Positions 32,682 through 43,414 of a DNA stretch of 64,000 bases are shown in pieces (positions within the stretch are counted from its first letter, which is position 1; each line of letters begins with the position of its first letter). The DNA lies in contig JAZQDP010000051.1 of the NCBI GenBank assembly GCA_045546875.1, forward strand, positions 9,016 through 73,015, written 5' to 3'. The position numbers and the translations under genes were made by a program. This stretch comes from Thermoguttaceae bacterium (GTDB lineage: Bacteria > Planctomycetota > Planctomycetia > Pirellulales > Thermoguttaceae). A model generated the notes under the pieces. It did not search any database and was not told the origin of the DNA. It saw nothing but the letters and a program-made list of their open reading frames with translations.

Positions 32682-33251
32682 ATGGCCAATAAAGACAAGC
32701 ACGCTTACGTATTGAGCGTAATGGCAGACGACCACCCCGGGATCGTATCGACCGTTTCGTCCGTTATAGAATCACTTTCCGGCAACATTGACAGTTGCTC
32801 TCAAACGGTATTAGGCGGTTACTTTACGCTTATTATGCTTGTGAGCATTCCCAAACTGATTGATCCGGCAGAGTTGTCAGAAAAGATTCACCAGGCGAAT
32901 CCTGATTTTCAGGTCAGCGTTCGTCAAATGGTTAAGAAGGAGACTCCTAAATCGGATCCAAATTCAGACAGTTTTGTTATTACGGCATTCGGTAAAGATA
33001 TTCCCGGCATCGTTAGTGAGTTTAGCGCCTATTTGGCTGACCGGGAAATCAACATCGACGATCTGTATTGCGACCGACGTGGAGAGAACGAATTCGTTCT
33101 TATCGGGCAGGTTTCCGTTCCAAACCATTGGAATTTAGACACGCTGCAGTCTGAACTGGCGTACATGGGCAAAGAGCTTGGATTTACCGTTAAGTTACAG
33201 CAACAAAATATTTTTCTGGCAACAAACCAGATTCGTTTACCGAAAAACTGA
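32682..33251 (+). CDS. tandem ACT-domain protein (GcvR-like)
   Basis: Two ACT-like units: YVLSVMADDHPGIVSTVSSVI and FVITAFGKDIPGIVSEFSAYLADREINIDDL. Confidence 0.7.
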   Translation: MANKDKHAYVLSVMADDHPGIVSTVSSVIESLSGNIDSCSQTVLGGYFTLIMLVSIPKLIDPAELSEKIHQANPDFQVSVRQMVKKETPKSDPNSDSFVITAFGKDIPGIVSEFSAYLADREINIDDLYCDRRGENEFVLIGQVSVPNHWNLDTLQSELAYMGKELGFTVKLQQQNIFLATNQIRLPKN

Positions 33252-33317
33252 ATTGCCGTCTCGGGAATGCTGCGCTTTGCTTTGAGGCGTAAGCGCAGTC
33301 AAGTTGATGTATATATG

Positions 33318-33481
33318 GGAACGACTTGAGCTTTTCCGATGTTAAGCCTCTAGCTGCTTACTTCTGGTTATTAGCTTGATAAACCTGATTCGTGCGTTGT
33401 CGCAAGAAGCAAAAATAACCAAGCTAGCGGCTAGTAGCTAATAGCTCATTTTCCGGGAAATTTTGAGTAGAAAAATATAAT
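33318..33481 (+). repeat. intergenic repeat element, copy C
   Basis: GGAACGACTTGAGCTTTTCCGATGTTAAGCC...CTCATTTTCCGGGAAATTTTGAGTAGAAAAATATAAT, ending 10 nt before the ATG at 33491. Confidence 0.65.
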
Positions 33482-33490
33482 TTAAAATAT

Positions 33491-34513
33491 ATGTCAGAGT
33501 CGCCAACTCAAGACGTTTGGACTGTTGGACGTTTATTAAAGTGGACCGCCGATTATTTTGCTCGGTGCGGGATAGACGCTCCACGTTTAGAAGCCGAGAT
33601 TCTATTGGCGACTGCAATGGAGTGTGAGCGAATCGATCTGTACACCCGGTATACCGAAATCGCGTCTGACGACGTTCGAGCAAAGTATCGCGATTTGGTC
33701 AAACGTCGCGCGGCGGGCGCTCCTACGGCTCATCTGACCGGAGAAAAGGAATTTTATTCGCTGAATTTCAAGGTTACTCCCGATACTCTCATTCCTCGAC
33801 CAGAAACAGAACATCTGATTATTGAAACGCTTGACCTCATTAAAAAGAATTATCTGTCAGCGGCGAACCAAAATCAAGCTGAAAAACAGACTGATGGCGA
33901 GCAGCCGCAGGAGCCGGAAGATTCTGTAACAGACGCTCAAACCGGGGAAACGTATATTAAGTTTGTCCCGCGTTCCAATCCGCTGCAAGACGTCAAGCTA
34001 AACATCCTTGACGTTGGTTCCGGTTCCGGGATAATCCCGATAACGCTGGCAACGCGCTTGCCGTCGTGTCGGTTTGTTGCGGTTGACATCTCTCAACCGG
34101 CGTTAGAAGTCGCAAAAGAAAACGCCCAGACGCACAACGTTGCCGACCGAATTGAATTTCGACATTCAGACCTCTTTTCCGCCATCAAGCCGGAAGAATC
34201 TTTTGATTTTATTCTCAGTAACCCGCCGTACATCGGGGAGGAGGAACGTCCGACGCTGGACGCATCCGTTCGAGATTACGAACCGGCAATAGCTCTCTTT
34301 AGCGGACCCAAAGGGACGGATCTTATCGAAAGGCTGATTGCTCAGGCGCCGAGCAAGCTCAATGCCGACGGCTGGCTGTTATTTGAAATCAGCCCGATAA
34401 TTCACCAGTCTGTTTTAGATATTGTACGCAGTCAGCCTGAATTATCATATATAACAACTATAAATGACTTTGCTGGCTTGGCTCGGGTTGTTATTTGTCG
34501 AAATAATCGATAA
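33491..34513 (+). CDS. prmC: release-factor glutamine N5-methyltransferase
   Basis: LDVGSGSGIIPITLA SAM motif, ILSNPPYI catalytic NPPY, and EPxxAL (YEPAIALFSG). There is an insertion of about 50 aa between the N-terminal and MTase domains. Confidence 0.88.
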   Translation: MSESPTQDVWTVGRLLKWTADYFARCGIDAPRLEAEILLATAMECERIDLYTRYTEIASDDVRAKYRDLVKRRAAGAPTAHLTGEKEFYSLNFKVTPDTLIPRPETEHLIIETLDLIKKNYLSAANQNQAEKQTDGEQPQEPEDSVTDAQTGETYIKFVPRSNPLQDVKLNILDVGSGSGIIPITLATRLPSCRFVAVDISQPALEVAKENAQTHNVADRIEFRHSDLFSAIKPEESFDFILSNPPYIGEEERPTLDASVRDYEPAIALFSGPKGTDLIERLIAQAPSKLNADGWLLFEISPIIHQSVLDIVRSQPELSYITTINDFAGLARVVICRNNR

Positions 34514-34600
34514 AACCGTTATAGTTTTCCAGCCGGAATTCCGATATTAAGATTAGTCGATGGACTCAGTATGGAATTTTGTAAAGAAACACTATAAAAA

Positions 34601-35440
34601 ATGAGCTCTGAAAGTATATATCCTGACGATTGGAATTCCTGTTCGTTGAATTCCCAATTAAACGCTTGGAAACTGGAAGACGACATAAATCGTATTGACG
34701 CCAAAGTTGACGATTTCCTGTCTGGTATTTCGTTTACGGATAGCGCTTCGTCTGCCGCCAGCTGGAGATTGGATTCGCGCCACGATGCCTCAGAGCCGCT
34801 GCGGCGGTTTCAGACGCCCGCGCCCCGACGAACCTCTCCTACGCCCTTGGCGGACTTGTTCTCTCAAACGATTGACATCGCAGAAGTGAACTCCGAATCG
34901 TGGCGCAGTTCCATGGATTCAGAAGGGGAGTCAGACGATTTGCATGACAATCCGATGCAAAATACGACGGAACCGTCTGAAGGCGAAGTGCATTCCGAAA
35001 GTTTAGAAGCGGTTGAATTCAAGCCGCAAGACATGTTTGCCTTTTCAGAGGAAAATAAGCCGTCAGAACAAGGTAAATCTTCAGAGCAAAATAAAGCGTC
35101 AGAACAAAATATAACGGCAAAGACTGTCAGCGAGGCAGAAAAAACAACAAGCGTTCCCCAACTGCAGGCGAACGAATCGCCGCAAGAGCAGGCGCTGGCT
35201 CCCCAGTTGATTGTCGAAACGGAGCCGCGGCAAGCGACGCCGACCCTCAAGCGGCCGTTGCTGACCTTGAGCGTTGGAATTAGCATCTGTGGGGTGGGAA
35301 TGGTTTTCGGCTCGCAGATAATGCACAACACCACTCTTGTTAATCCGGGTAAATCGTTGATAATTGCCGGCGTTGTTGGGCTGATGGTTTCCTGTTTAAT
35401 GTTTGTTGTGGGAAATATTGTCAGACGTAAAACGGCATGA
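34601..35440 (+). CDS. hypothetical membrane-anchored protein
   Basis: Acidic/Ser-rich with a degenerate SEQ repeat (KPSEQGKSSEQNKASEQN). Two C-terminal TM helices. ATGA overlap with the next gene. Confidence 0.55.
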   Translation: MSSESIYPDDWNSCSLNSQLNAWKLEDDINRIDAKVDDFLSGISFTDSASSAASWRLDSRHDASEPLRRFQTPAPRRTSPTPLADLFSQTIDIAEVNSESWRSSMDSEGESDDLHDNPMQNTTEPSEGEVHSESLEAVEFKPQDMFAFSEENKPSEQGKSSEQNKASEQNITAKTVSEAEKTTSVPQLQANESPQEQALAPQLIVETEPRQATPTLKRPLLTLSVGISICGVGMVFGSQIMHNTTLVNPGKSLIIAGVVGLMVSCLMFVVGNIVRRKTA

Positions 35441-37773
35441 AAAAAAACAGATCAGTCGTTTATCTGATAACGTTCGCAATCGCATTTGCTGCGATTGCGT
35501 ATGTTTTTTCCGGTCTTCTGTTTCATGTCGGCGCAATTCCATCGTATCGAGACGCAACGCATTTTTATTATCCTCTTTTTTTATATCTAAAAAGCTGCTT
35601 TGAGGCGGGAGATATTCCCTATTGGACGCCGCAGTTCAATCTGGGGTTTCCGTTAGCGGCAAACCCGACAACAGCGTTATTTTACCCGCCAACGTGGATT
35701 TTAGCGACGCCCATTCCAGCGTGGCTTGCGTTTAATGCGTATATAATCGGACACGTAATTCTGGCGTTTGGGACGATGTTCTTTCTCGTTCGGCGCTGGG
35801 GACGCTCTGTAAGCGCGGGAATAGTTGCGGCGTTAAGCTACTCTGTCGGCGGGATTGTTTTGTTTCAATACTCGAATTTGCCGTTCCTCGTTTCAGCCGC
35901 CTGGCTTCCGTTGGGAGCGTATGGGGTTGAACGCGCGCTGAGAACGGGGCGGTTGCGGTACGTCTCTTTGGCAGGAATGGTCTTGGCGTTATGCGTCCTG
36001 GGCGGCGACGTCCAAACCGCGTACCACGTTGGAATACTGGCGGTTGTGCTAGCTGTAATATTGTCATGGGGTAACGCGGCACAATTGCGTAAAAGCAGAA
36101 CTGAATCAAAGGGTAATATCGTTTTTGAATTCATATATTCCGCCCGCAGGAGCGTTTTGACGTTAGCGGGAATCGCCCTTGTCGGATTTCTCCTTTCTGC
36201 GATACAAGTCCTGCCGACGCTGGAACTGACAGCTCACAGCGATCGGAGCGAACTCGACAATTCAGTTAAAGCGGCGGAAATGCGTAACGCTTTTAGCGTT
36301 CCTCCATGGCGAATTCTGGAATTTGCCGCGCCTGAGATCTACGGTCGCCAGTTCCCGATATATCAGCGCTGGATTGACGCCCTGCCCGGCTCTGACGTCG
36401 CCGTCTGGGTTCCATCGTTGTATATGGGGACAATTCCGTTCTTTTTGGCGTGCCTGAGTTTGACGTTTCGCCGCTCAAACCCTCGCCGCGTTTGGATGAG
36501 CTGGATTATTGTCATCGCTCTGCTTGCCTCGATGGGCAGGTTGTCGATTGGATATCTCATTCAATCTGTCGGGTACTGGTCAGGGACGGATTATCAAAAC
36601 GTTTCTTCCGGCTGGGGAGGCGTGTACTGGATTATGACGCAAACCTTTCCCGGCTATGCGATGTTTCGCTATCCTGCCAAATGGCTTCCGGTTGCAGCAA
36701 TGGGAATAAGCGTTTTATCTGCATACGGCTGGGATCGCCTTTGGCAAGACGACCGGTTCAAACACCGGCTCGTTGTCTGCCTGGGTGCGACGGCGATTGC
36801 GTTGGTTGTATGGCGCTTTTTGGAACCGGTTATTTTACCCGCAGTTACGAAAGGGTTGACCAGTTCCCTGTACGGACCGTATGTCGGCGATTGGGAACTT
36901 CAAAACGTGAGCGCGGAAATCTCAACGTTAAACCTGCGATTTGTATCAGCGTTTTTACTTTTTGCCGCCTGTATGACGCTGAAATGCCAAAAGTCGCCCT
37001 TGAACCCGTTGATCCTTATATTCATATTTGCTCTGGATTTATCGGCATATTCCCAACGGCTAACGACGTCAACAGATTCCGCGATATTTAATTCTGCCGT
37101 TGCAGATTTCTCTCAGCCTCCCCGGCGAATTTGCCGGGTGGGCGCCAATTGGCTCCCAAAGCGGTTTGAGCAAACAAGCTCTCAAAATCGGGAAATGGAA
37201 CTGGCGCAATGGAATTGCGAGTCGTTGTACGCCTATAACGGTTTATGCCAGCATGCGACAACGATGCGTTACGGTGGGACGTTTTTTTTGAAGAATTACG
37301 CTCAGTTTCTTCGAGACGGTTCGAAACGGGGGATTGTTGCTGAACTGTCGTTTTGCCATCAACTTATGTATTTTGACGGCGAGAAAATAACAGTAAAAGA
37401 CAATAATATTCGTCAAAAAAATGGCGATTTTACAGCGGTAGCGGCTGTCGAGTACATCGGTTCAAATCATTTTAGAATTACCGGCAATTTTGCAGCGCCG
37501 CAACGGATTCCGGTTTCTTATTATCCCGGCTGGACGGCGACGATGAAACAGGTTTCCCCGGTCGGGAACGCAGAACCGGTTCCAGCCAGGGTTTATGAAT
37601 CGGGCGACGGGCTTTTAGCGGTTGACGTTCCCAAAGAAGGGGATTGGACGGTTGACTTTTACTACTGCCCTCGATGGGTTTACATCGGTTCGATTGTCAG
37701 TTTGGGGGCGTGGATTGCTGTAATATTTATAATGTTTTTAGGAAAAAAGAAAAAAATCCTGTATTTTTCTTAA
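35437..37773 (+). CDS. large polytopic membrane protein, YfhO-like (GT-C type candidate)
   Basis: 778 aa with more than 10 predicted TM helices. The N-terminal region (HFYYPLFLYL...GDIPYWTPQFNLGFPLAANP) resembles the YfhO family. Confidence 0.45.
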   Translation: MKKNRSVVYLITFAIAFAAIAYVFSGLLFHVGAIPSYRDATHFYYPLFLYLKSCFEAGDIPYWTPQFNLGFPLAANPTTALFYPPTWILATPIPAWLAFNAYIIGHVILAFGTMFFLVRRWGRSVSAGIVAALSYSVGGIVLFQYSNLPFLVSAAWLPLGAYGVERALRTGRLRYVSLAGMVLALCVLGGDVQTAYHVGILAVVLAVILSWGNAAQLRKSRTESKGNIVFEFIYSARRSVLTLAGIALVGFLLSAIQVLPTLELTAHSDRSELDNSVKAAEMRNAFSVPPWRILEFAAPEIYGRQFPIYQRWIDALPGSDVAVWVPSLYMGTIPFFLACLSLTFRRSNPRRVWMSWIIVIALLASMGRLSIGYLIQSVGYWSGTDYQNVSSGWGGVYWIMTQTFPGYAMFRYPAKWLPVAAMGISVLSAYGWDRLWQDDRFKHRLVVCLGATAIALVVWRFLEPVILPAVTKGLTSSLYGPYVGDWELQNVSAEISTLNLRFVSAFLLFAACMTLKCQKSPLNPLILIFIFALDLSAYSQRLTTSTDSAIFNSAVADFSQPPRRICRVGANWLPKRFEQTSSQNREMELAQWNCESLYAYNGLCQHATTMRYGGTFFLKNYAQFLRDGSKRGIVAELSFCHQLMYFDGEKITVKDNNIRQKNGDFTAVAAVEYIGSNHFRITGNFAAPQRIPVSYYPGWTATMKQVSPVGNAEPVPARVYESGDGLLAVDVPKEGDWTVDFYYCPRWVYIGSIVSLGAWIAVIFIMFLGKKKKILYFS

Positions 37774-37908
37774 AATGGGAACCCCTCCCCCTTTAAATGA
37801 ACTCTAAAATAGTGAATAATAGAATATGAGATAATACATATAACATTAGGGCAATCGCAGATCTCTGCTCAAGTATAGGCAGTTTGAACATTCAGGGAGA
37901 TATATATT

Positions 37909-39021
37909 ATGAATTCTGGCAAATCGCGCCTGGCGCCTGGCATCACAAGAGGTTTTACTCTGGTCGAATTGCTGGTCGTAATAACGATTATTGGCATTTT
38001 GATGTCGCTGATGCTTCCCGCGGTCAATGCAGCCCGCGAGTCGGCTCGTCGTCTCCAGTGCGGCAATAATATTAAACAGTTGGCAATGGCGTGTTGTACG
38101 TACGACAGCACATACGGCGTCTATCCGCCAGGGGTTGAGGTGTTGCCAAATATTGACGTCAGCAACGGTCTAACGACGAAGTCAATTCGAGAGAACTGGA
38201 TTATGCTCATTCTTCCCCATTTGGATCAGACCGGGTTATACAACGATATCGAAACGCTCTTTAACGACAAGGATAAAAAGAACGCCAATAAAGACATTGC
38301 AGACACGTCTTTAACGACAACTCTGCCCACCGGTCGAAAGATTTCGATTATGGACTGCACCGCTACGGTTTTGCCAGCTTTGCTGTGTCCGACAGATTCC
38401 GGTTCCCGTAACAAGTTTGTATCGGCAAGCCGAGAATACGCTCGCGGCAACTACGCCATCAATATGGGCGCCAGATTTGCAAGAGTTTATCCGTTTAACA
38501 ACGAAGGCGCCAAGCAATGGGGCTATACGCATAATAAAGGCGTTTCCGGCATACATCGAAGCATCGGTCAGGCGGACGTTCGCGATGGCGCGTCCAATAC
38601 AATTTTGCTTAGCGAACTGCGCGCGGGGTTAGCTTCAGGCGATTCCCGAGGCGTTTGGTCGTTAGGTTTTCCCGGCGCCAGCATTACCGCATGCAACGCC
38701 TGGTGGGGAGACTGCCCCGGTCCCAACTGTCTGATTGAAGCGTCTGACGACATTTGGGGGTGCAGCAACAATCCGCGATTAAAAATGCCATGTTATACAG
38801 GCTCGACTGGCGGAGACCAGGCGACAACGCGTTCCTCTCACCCAGGAGGCGTTCAAACCGCGTTTTGCGATGGGTCTGTACACTGGATTTCCGATTCCGT
38901 TCAGTGCGCCGGCAATCAGGATGAAGGCAACATTAAAAACAATCGTTTAAATTATATGACCGTTTGGGATAAACTCATTCTTTCAAACGATCAGCTTACG
39001 ATTAAAGGAGATATGTACTAA
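37909..39021 (+). CDS. DUF1559 / HX9DG prepilin-type N-terminal cleavage-methylation protein
   Basis: [34 protein letters not shown] and C-terminal [22 protein letters not shown]. Confidence 0.9.
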   Translation: MNSGKSRLAPGITRGFTLVELLVVITIIGILMSLMLPAVNAARESARRLQCGNNIKQLAMACCTYDSTYGVYPPGVEVLPNIDVSNGLTTKSIRENWIMLILPHLDQTGLYNDIETLFNDKDKKNANKDIADTSLTTTLPTGRKISIMDCTATVLPALLCPTDSGSRNKFVSASREYARGNYAINMGARFARVYPFNNEGAKQWGYTHNKGVSGIHRSIGQADVRDGASNTILLSELRAGLASGDSRGVWSLGFPGASITACNAWWGDCPGPNCLIEASDDIWGCSNNPRLKMPCYTGSTGGDQATTRSSHPGGVQTAFCDGSVHWISDSVQCAGNQDEGNIKNNRLNYMTVWDKLILSNDQLTIKGDMY

Positions 39022-39065
39022 TCGGAATTCTTGAAGCGCTTATATTACATACAGAGAGAAGAAAC

Positions 39066-40154
39066 ATGAACCGTTACAAAACGAATAACGAAATGAATGT
39101 TAATTCAGCCCGCGCGTCGGCTTTTAACAGAGCGTTTACTTTGGTGGAATTGTTGGTAGTTATTGCCATTATGGGCACGTTAATCGGTTTGCTTTTGCCA
39201 GCCGTCAACGCGGCTCGCGAAGCGGCTCGAAAGACGTCCTGCGCCAACAATATCAAGCAGATGGCGTTGGCGTGCCTGTCGTACGAAGAAACTTATCATC
39301 TGCTTCCGCCGGCGGCTGATTTCGCAAACAAAAAATACGACGTTCTTACAGAATCCAACCTGCGTGCAAACTGGATTATTCTCATTTTGCCCTACATTGG
39401 TCAGCAGCCTCTGTTTAACGAAATCAACGGTATGCTGCGTCAAAGCGGCATCAATGTCGAATCGGACGCGCAGTCAAAATCCGACACGACAATAACCATG
39501 AAAAGCTGCCGAGAAACGGAAATACCGTCGTTCCTCTGCCCTACTGATACAAATAACCGCATTAAGTATGAATCTGCCAAGACCAGTTTTACCGGCGCGC
39601 GTTGCAATTACGGCGCGAATATGGGGCTTTTAGGAGCGCAAGAGTTGTACGCAAAATGGTCTGACAATTTGGTTCATGGCGTTATGGGACCTGGTAAAAC
39701 GATGCGAAGCGGTGAAATTGTCGACGGAGCCAGCAACACGATTTTGTTGGCAGAACTGCGCTCTGGCGTTATCGCGATTGACTGCCGAGGAACATGGTCT
39801 TTGGGCGGAGCTGGTCCAAGCGCTATTGCATGCTGCGGATATTCCGGAGACGCTAAAGGTCCAAACGCTAAAAACCAGTCCTCTGACGACCTCTATGGCG
39901 GGGCAAAGGTTTTGGAACAGATTGATTTCGACCAGCTCGTTATCATCGGAATGGCTTGCTACGACTCGGCCAACAACAGCCAGGCAACGTCGCGATCCTC
40001 TCACGCTGGCGGCGTTCAAACTGCGTTCTGCGACGGCTCGGTACATTGGATTTCTGACGGCATTTCCGTCGGAACAAGCAATACAAATTTAGGCGTTTGG
40101 GATAAACTGCTGCTCCCGTGCGACGGATTCTCGCTTTCCAATGCTGATTTCTAA
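39066..40154 (+). CDS. DUF1559 / HX9DG prepilin-type protein (paralogue 2)
   Basis: [34 protein letters not shown] and [22 protein letters not shown]. Start may be the internal Met (MNVNS). Confidence 0.9.
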   Translation: MNRYKTNNEMNVNSARASAFNRAFTLVELLVVIAIMGTLIGLLLPAVNAAREAARKTSCANNIKQMALACLSYEETYHLLPPAADFANKKYDVLTESNLRANWIILILPYIGQQPLFNEINGMLRQSGINVESDAQSKSDTTITMKSCRETEIPSFLCPTDTNNRIKYESAKTSFTGARCNYGANMGLLGAQELYAKWSDNLVHGVMGPGKTMRSGEIVDGASNTILLAELRSGVIAIDCRGTWSLGGAGPSAIACCGYSGDAKGPNAKNQSSDDLYGGAKVLEQIDFDQLVIIGMACYDSANNSQATSRSSHAGGVQTAFCDGSVHWISDGISVGTSNTNLGVWDKLLLPCDGFSLSNADF

Positions 40155-40156
40155 CG

Positions 40157-41311
40157 ATGGGTAATATTCGTAAGGTGAAAGATATGACATATAACAGAAT
40201 GAACTTAAACAATCGCGCCAACGCGTTTACGCTGGTAGAATTGCTGGTTGTTATTGCGATTATGGGCATTTTAATAGCGTTGCTTCTTCCGGCTGTCAAC
40301 GCAGCTCGAGAATCGGCAAGACGCGCGGCGTGCTCTAACAACATTAAACAGCTCGGGCAGGCGGCGTTAGGCTACGAACAGATCAACAAGGCTTTTCCGC
40401 CGGCTATGAATTGCGTTACGGAAAACAAATACGAATCGCCAGACGAATCCGGAGTTCTCGAAAACTGGATTGTCAGAATACTGCCCAATTTGGATCAGGC
40501 AACTCTTTACGAAGACATTTACAATCTGATGCGTCCTAACCGGCTTTCAACAGGCGCCAGTTACAGTACAAAAGTGATTAACACAATCGATAAGAACGTT
40601 ACCAGTTCAAAAGACAGTTCGATTACGATGAAAGCGTGCCGGGAAACGGTTATGCCGATTCTTCTTTGTCCTTCTGACGCTGTTTCAAACCGTATTCAGT
40701 TTGAATCAAAAAAATCGTCGTTTACAGCTTCCCGCTGCAATTACGGCGCGAATATGGGACTTAAACAACCCAAAATGCTGTATGGGAGCAATTGGTCGAT
40801 TCCCAACAACCGTGGCGTAATGGGACCTGGGCAATCGCTTAGCGCGACAGACATCTCAGACGGCGCCAGCAACACGATTTTGGTTGCTGAACTTCGCGCC
40901 GGCGTTACCTCTTCAGACCCGCGCGGGACGTGGTGTTTGGGCGGACCGGGAGCCAGCGCCATTGCCGCTTGCGGATGGGACGACGGAACGGTGTTAGCAA
41001 CCAGAACGGACGGAAAAGACAAGGGACCAAACGCAAAAGACAAAAATAACAAGTCTGGGTACGGCGACCAGATTTACGCCTCGTTGGACTATTCCAGCGA
41101 CGAATTGTACGATCTGAGAATGCCTGCCAGAATGACGTCTAACACTCAGGCGACAACCCGATCAATGCACGCCGGCGGCGTTTACACCTGCTTTGCCGAC
41201 GGTTCTGTTCACTGGATAAACGACTTGATTCAAACGGCTCAGGATTACGGCGTTTTTGACAGGCTTCTTTCCTCTGGAGACGGGTATCCCATTCAAGATA
41301 ACAACTTTTAG
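40157..41311 (+). CDS. DUF1559 / HX9DG prepilin-type protein (paralogue 3)
   Basis: [34 protein letters not shown] and [22 protein letters not shown]. Alternative start ATG at 40184, after AAGGTGA. Confidence 0.9.
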   Translation: MGNIRKVKDMTYNRMNLNNRANAFTLVELLVVIAIMGILIALLLPAVNAARESARRAACSNNIKQLGQAALGYEQINKAFPPAMNCVTENKYESPDESGVLENWIVRILPNLDQATLYEDIYNLMRPNRLSTGASYSTKVINTIDKNVTSSKDSSITMKACRETVMPILLCPSDAVSNRIQFESKKSSFTASRCNYGANMGLKQPKMLYGSNWSIPNNRGVMGPGQSLSATDISDGASNTILVAELRAGVTSSDPRGTWCLGGPGASAIAACGWDDGTVLATRTDGKDKGPNAKDKNNKSGYGDQIYASLDYSSDELYDLRMPARMTSNTQATTRSMHAGGVYTCFADGSVHWINDLIQTAQDYGVFDRLLSSGDGYPIQDNNF

Positions 41312-41333
41312 CGTTTGAGGGAAACTGCAAAAG

Positions 41334-41996
41334 ATGGGTCATTGCCACGACGAACATTGCAACTGTCATAGCGGTCATTGTCATGACGAGAATTGTCATT
41401 GCCATGACGCTTCAGACGTGGGCGGTTCCAGTCGTCAGGAAGAGTATTCAACGCCCATAATCAACGGTTCCGTTGATATTGAATCCATCGTGGCAATGGC
41501 TCAAAAAGGGATTGCGGCAGCTCAATACGACCTGGGCGTTTGCTATAATTACGGATTAGGAATAGACGAAAATCCGGCTCTGGCGGCGCAATGGTTTTTC
41601 AAAGCGGCTCAACAGGCAGACGGAGACGCACAGTTTGCGCTCGGGCGGTTGTACCTGGAAGGTCGCGGCGTTCCCCAGACAGACGATGCGGCGCGAAAAT
41701 GGTTTGAAGTGGCGGCGCAGCACGGTCATCCCGCAGCGCAAAATCAGATGGGCTACTTCTACTTAAACGGAACCGGCGGCGTCAAAAAGAATCCTGTCTT
41801 GGCAATGCAATGGTGGCTCGAAGCCGCTCAAAACGGCTTTCCGGAAGCGATGTTCAACCTGGCTCTCTGGTACGCTAAAGGAGAATCCTTTGAGCCGGAC
41901 GATACGTCTGCGCTGGAATGGATGCAAAAAGCCGCCGACGTTGGATTTAAACCCGCCATCGATTTTCTCAATAAACTGGGCGTTGCCCGGCAATAA
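41334..41996 (+). CDS. Sel1-repeat protein with His/Cys-rich N-terminus
   Basis: N-terminus MGHCHDEHCNCHSGHCHDENCHCHD. At least four Sel1-like repeats (AQYDLGVCYNYGLGIDENPALAAQWFFKAA...). Confidence 0.8.
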   Translation: MGHCHDEHCNCHSGHCHDENCHCHDASDVGGSSRQEEYSTPIINGSVDIESIVAMAQKGIAAAQYDLGVCYNYGLGIDENPALAAQWFFKAAQQADGDAQFALGRLYLEGRGVPQTDDAARKWFEVAAQHGHPAAQNQMGYFYLNGTGGVKKNPVLAMQWWLEAAQNGFPEAMFNLALWYAKGESFEPDDTSALEWMQKAADVGFKPAIDFLNKLGVARQ

Positions 41997-42267
41997 TCTG
42001 GTATTCAGTGCAAACAACGGCTCTGGGGTGTGAGAACCTCCCTATTTTTTCTGTCTTTGCAAGCAAAATTGCGCGTCCCCTGCGTTTCTCCTCCCTTAAA
42101 AAGTGGTACTACTTGCTATATACCCGGTTTTATGATAAAATACGTATAATATTATAGACTGTATGGATTTAAGTTGGAAGTGGTTGGAATTGGGCGTTTA
42201 GTCCCTCCTTTTGTTTGAGTCGCAGTCTATTATCGCCAACCGCTTAACCTTTTTTATTATAGTATAA

Positions 42268-43341
42268 ATGAACGAGCCTGAGAATGTAACGGTTTCCAAT
42301 TCATCGACGCCGTCTGCGCCGTCCGAAGCCGTTGCCTCTAATACGCCCGAAACGTCTGCTTCCGCTGTCCGTCTGCCCTTTTACGCCCCAATTCAAGAGG
42401 CGTTGGCAGAAACAGAGCGCCAAATTCAGCAGGAACTGTCCAGTTCACAACCGAAACTGGAGACGATTTTTTCACAAAGCCGCCTTCTGGCAGGGAAACG
42501 ATTGCGTCCTGCATTGACGTTGCTGTGCGCTCAGGCATGTGGGGCTTTAGTTCCTCAGCACATTACCTGCGCGACTGTTATGGAACTGATTCACACCGCC
42601 TCGCTAGTTCACGACGACGTTTTAGACGAAGCGGAATTGCGCCGTCATAATAATACGATTAACGCTCGATGGGATAACGAATTAGCTGTATTATTTGGGG
42701 ATTTAATTGTCTCTCGGGCGATGAAGCTGGCGTCTTCTCTGGAAGATTTTCAAACGTTTAATTTAATAACCCGCACGTGCGAAAAGCTCTGTGAGGGCGA
42801 ACTGCTTCAGGTTGCAAATCGTGGGACAATTGACCTCGGAGAAGACGTTTACTACAAAATTATCGAAGGCAAGACAGCCGCTTTGATAGAATGTTCGTGC
42901 CGATTAGGCGCCAAGTATGCCGGCGTTGCGCCCGAAGTTGTCGAGAGCTTTGGGAACTTCGGTCTTCATTTGGGAACGGCGTTCCAAATTGTTGACGACG
43001 TTCTGGACGTTTCAGGTTCCGAACAGACCGTTGGAAAAACCCTAGGGCAAGACATCAAAAAGCAGAAAGCGACCCTGGCAATTATTTATGCGATGCAGTG
43101 CATCTCAGAACAAAAGCGGTCGCAAATTCTGGCAGAACTGCAAGTTGCTGAAAATCCTGCGGAATATATACATCCATGGCTCAAGCGGACGAACGCTATA
43201 GAATTCGCTCGAAAAGCGGCTCAAACCCAGATCGACAAAGCGATTGCCAGCATTCAGGAGTTTTCCTGCCCGGAATCCGGCGCCGCTGCGCTCCAATCCT
43301 TAAAAGACCTCGCTCAGTTTGTGTTGGCGAGAAAATATTAG
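42268..43341 (+). CDS. long-chain trans-polyprenyl diphosphate synthase
   Basis: First and second Asp-rich motifs LVHDDVLDEAELRR and FQIVDDVLD. Also GKRLRP. Confidence 0.88.
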   Translation: MNEPENVTVSNSSTPSAPSEAVASNTPETSASAVRLPFYAPIQEALAETERQIQQELSSSQPKLETIFSQSRLLAGKRLRPALTLLCAQACGALVPQHITCATVMELIHTASLVHDDVLDEAELRRHNNTINARWDNELAVLFGDLIVSRAMKLASSLEDFQTFNLITRTCEKLCEGELLQVANRGTIDLGEDVYYKIIEGKTAALIECSCRLGAKYAGVAPEVVESFGNFGLHLGTAFQIVDDVLDVSGSEQTVGKTLGQDIKKQKATLAIIYAMQCISEQKRSQILAELQVAENPAEYIHPWLKRTNAIEFARKAAQTQIDKAIASIQEFSCPESGAAALQSLKDLAQFVLARKY

Positions 43342-43414
43342 TTCCCTTGCACTGATTGTTCCTTTTATCCCTGTTACCGGCTTCGCGCCGAATCGCTCCA
43401 TACCGTAAATTATT

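Noticed and set aside
36450-37091. 213-aa plus-strand ORF
   Set aside because: It is out of frame inside the 778-aa YfhO-like membrane protein gene, whose frame shows continuous TM-helix periodicity.
39630-40344. Minus-strand ORFs of 133-138 aa across the DUF1559 genes
   Set aside because: They are antisense to genes carrying the diagnostic prepilin and HX9DG motifs.
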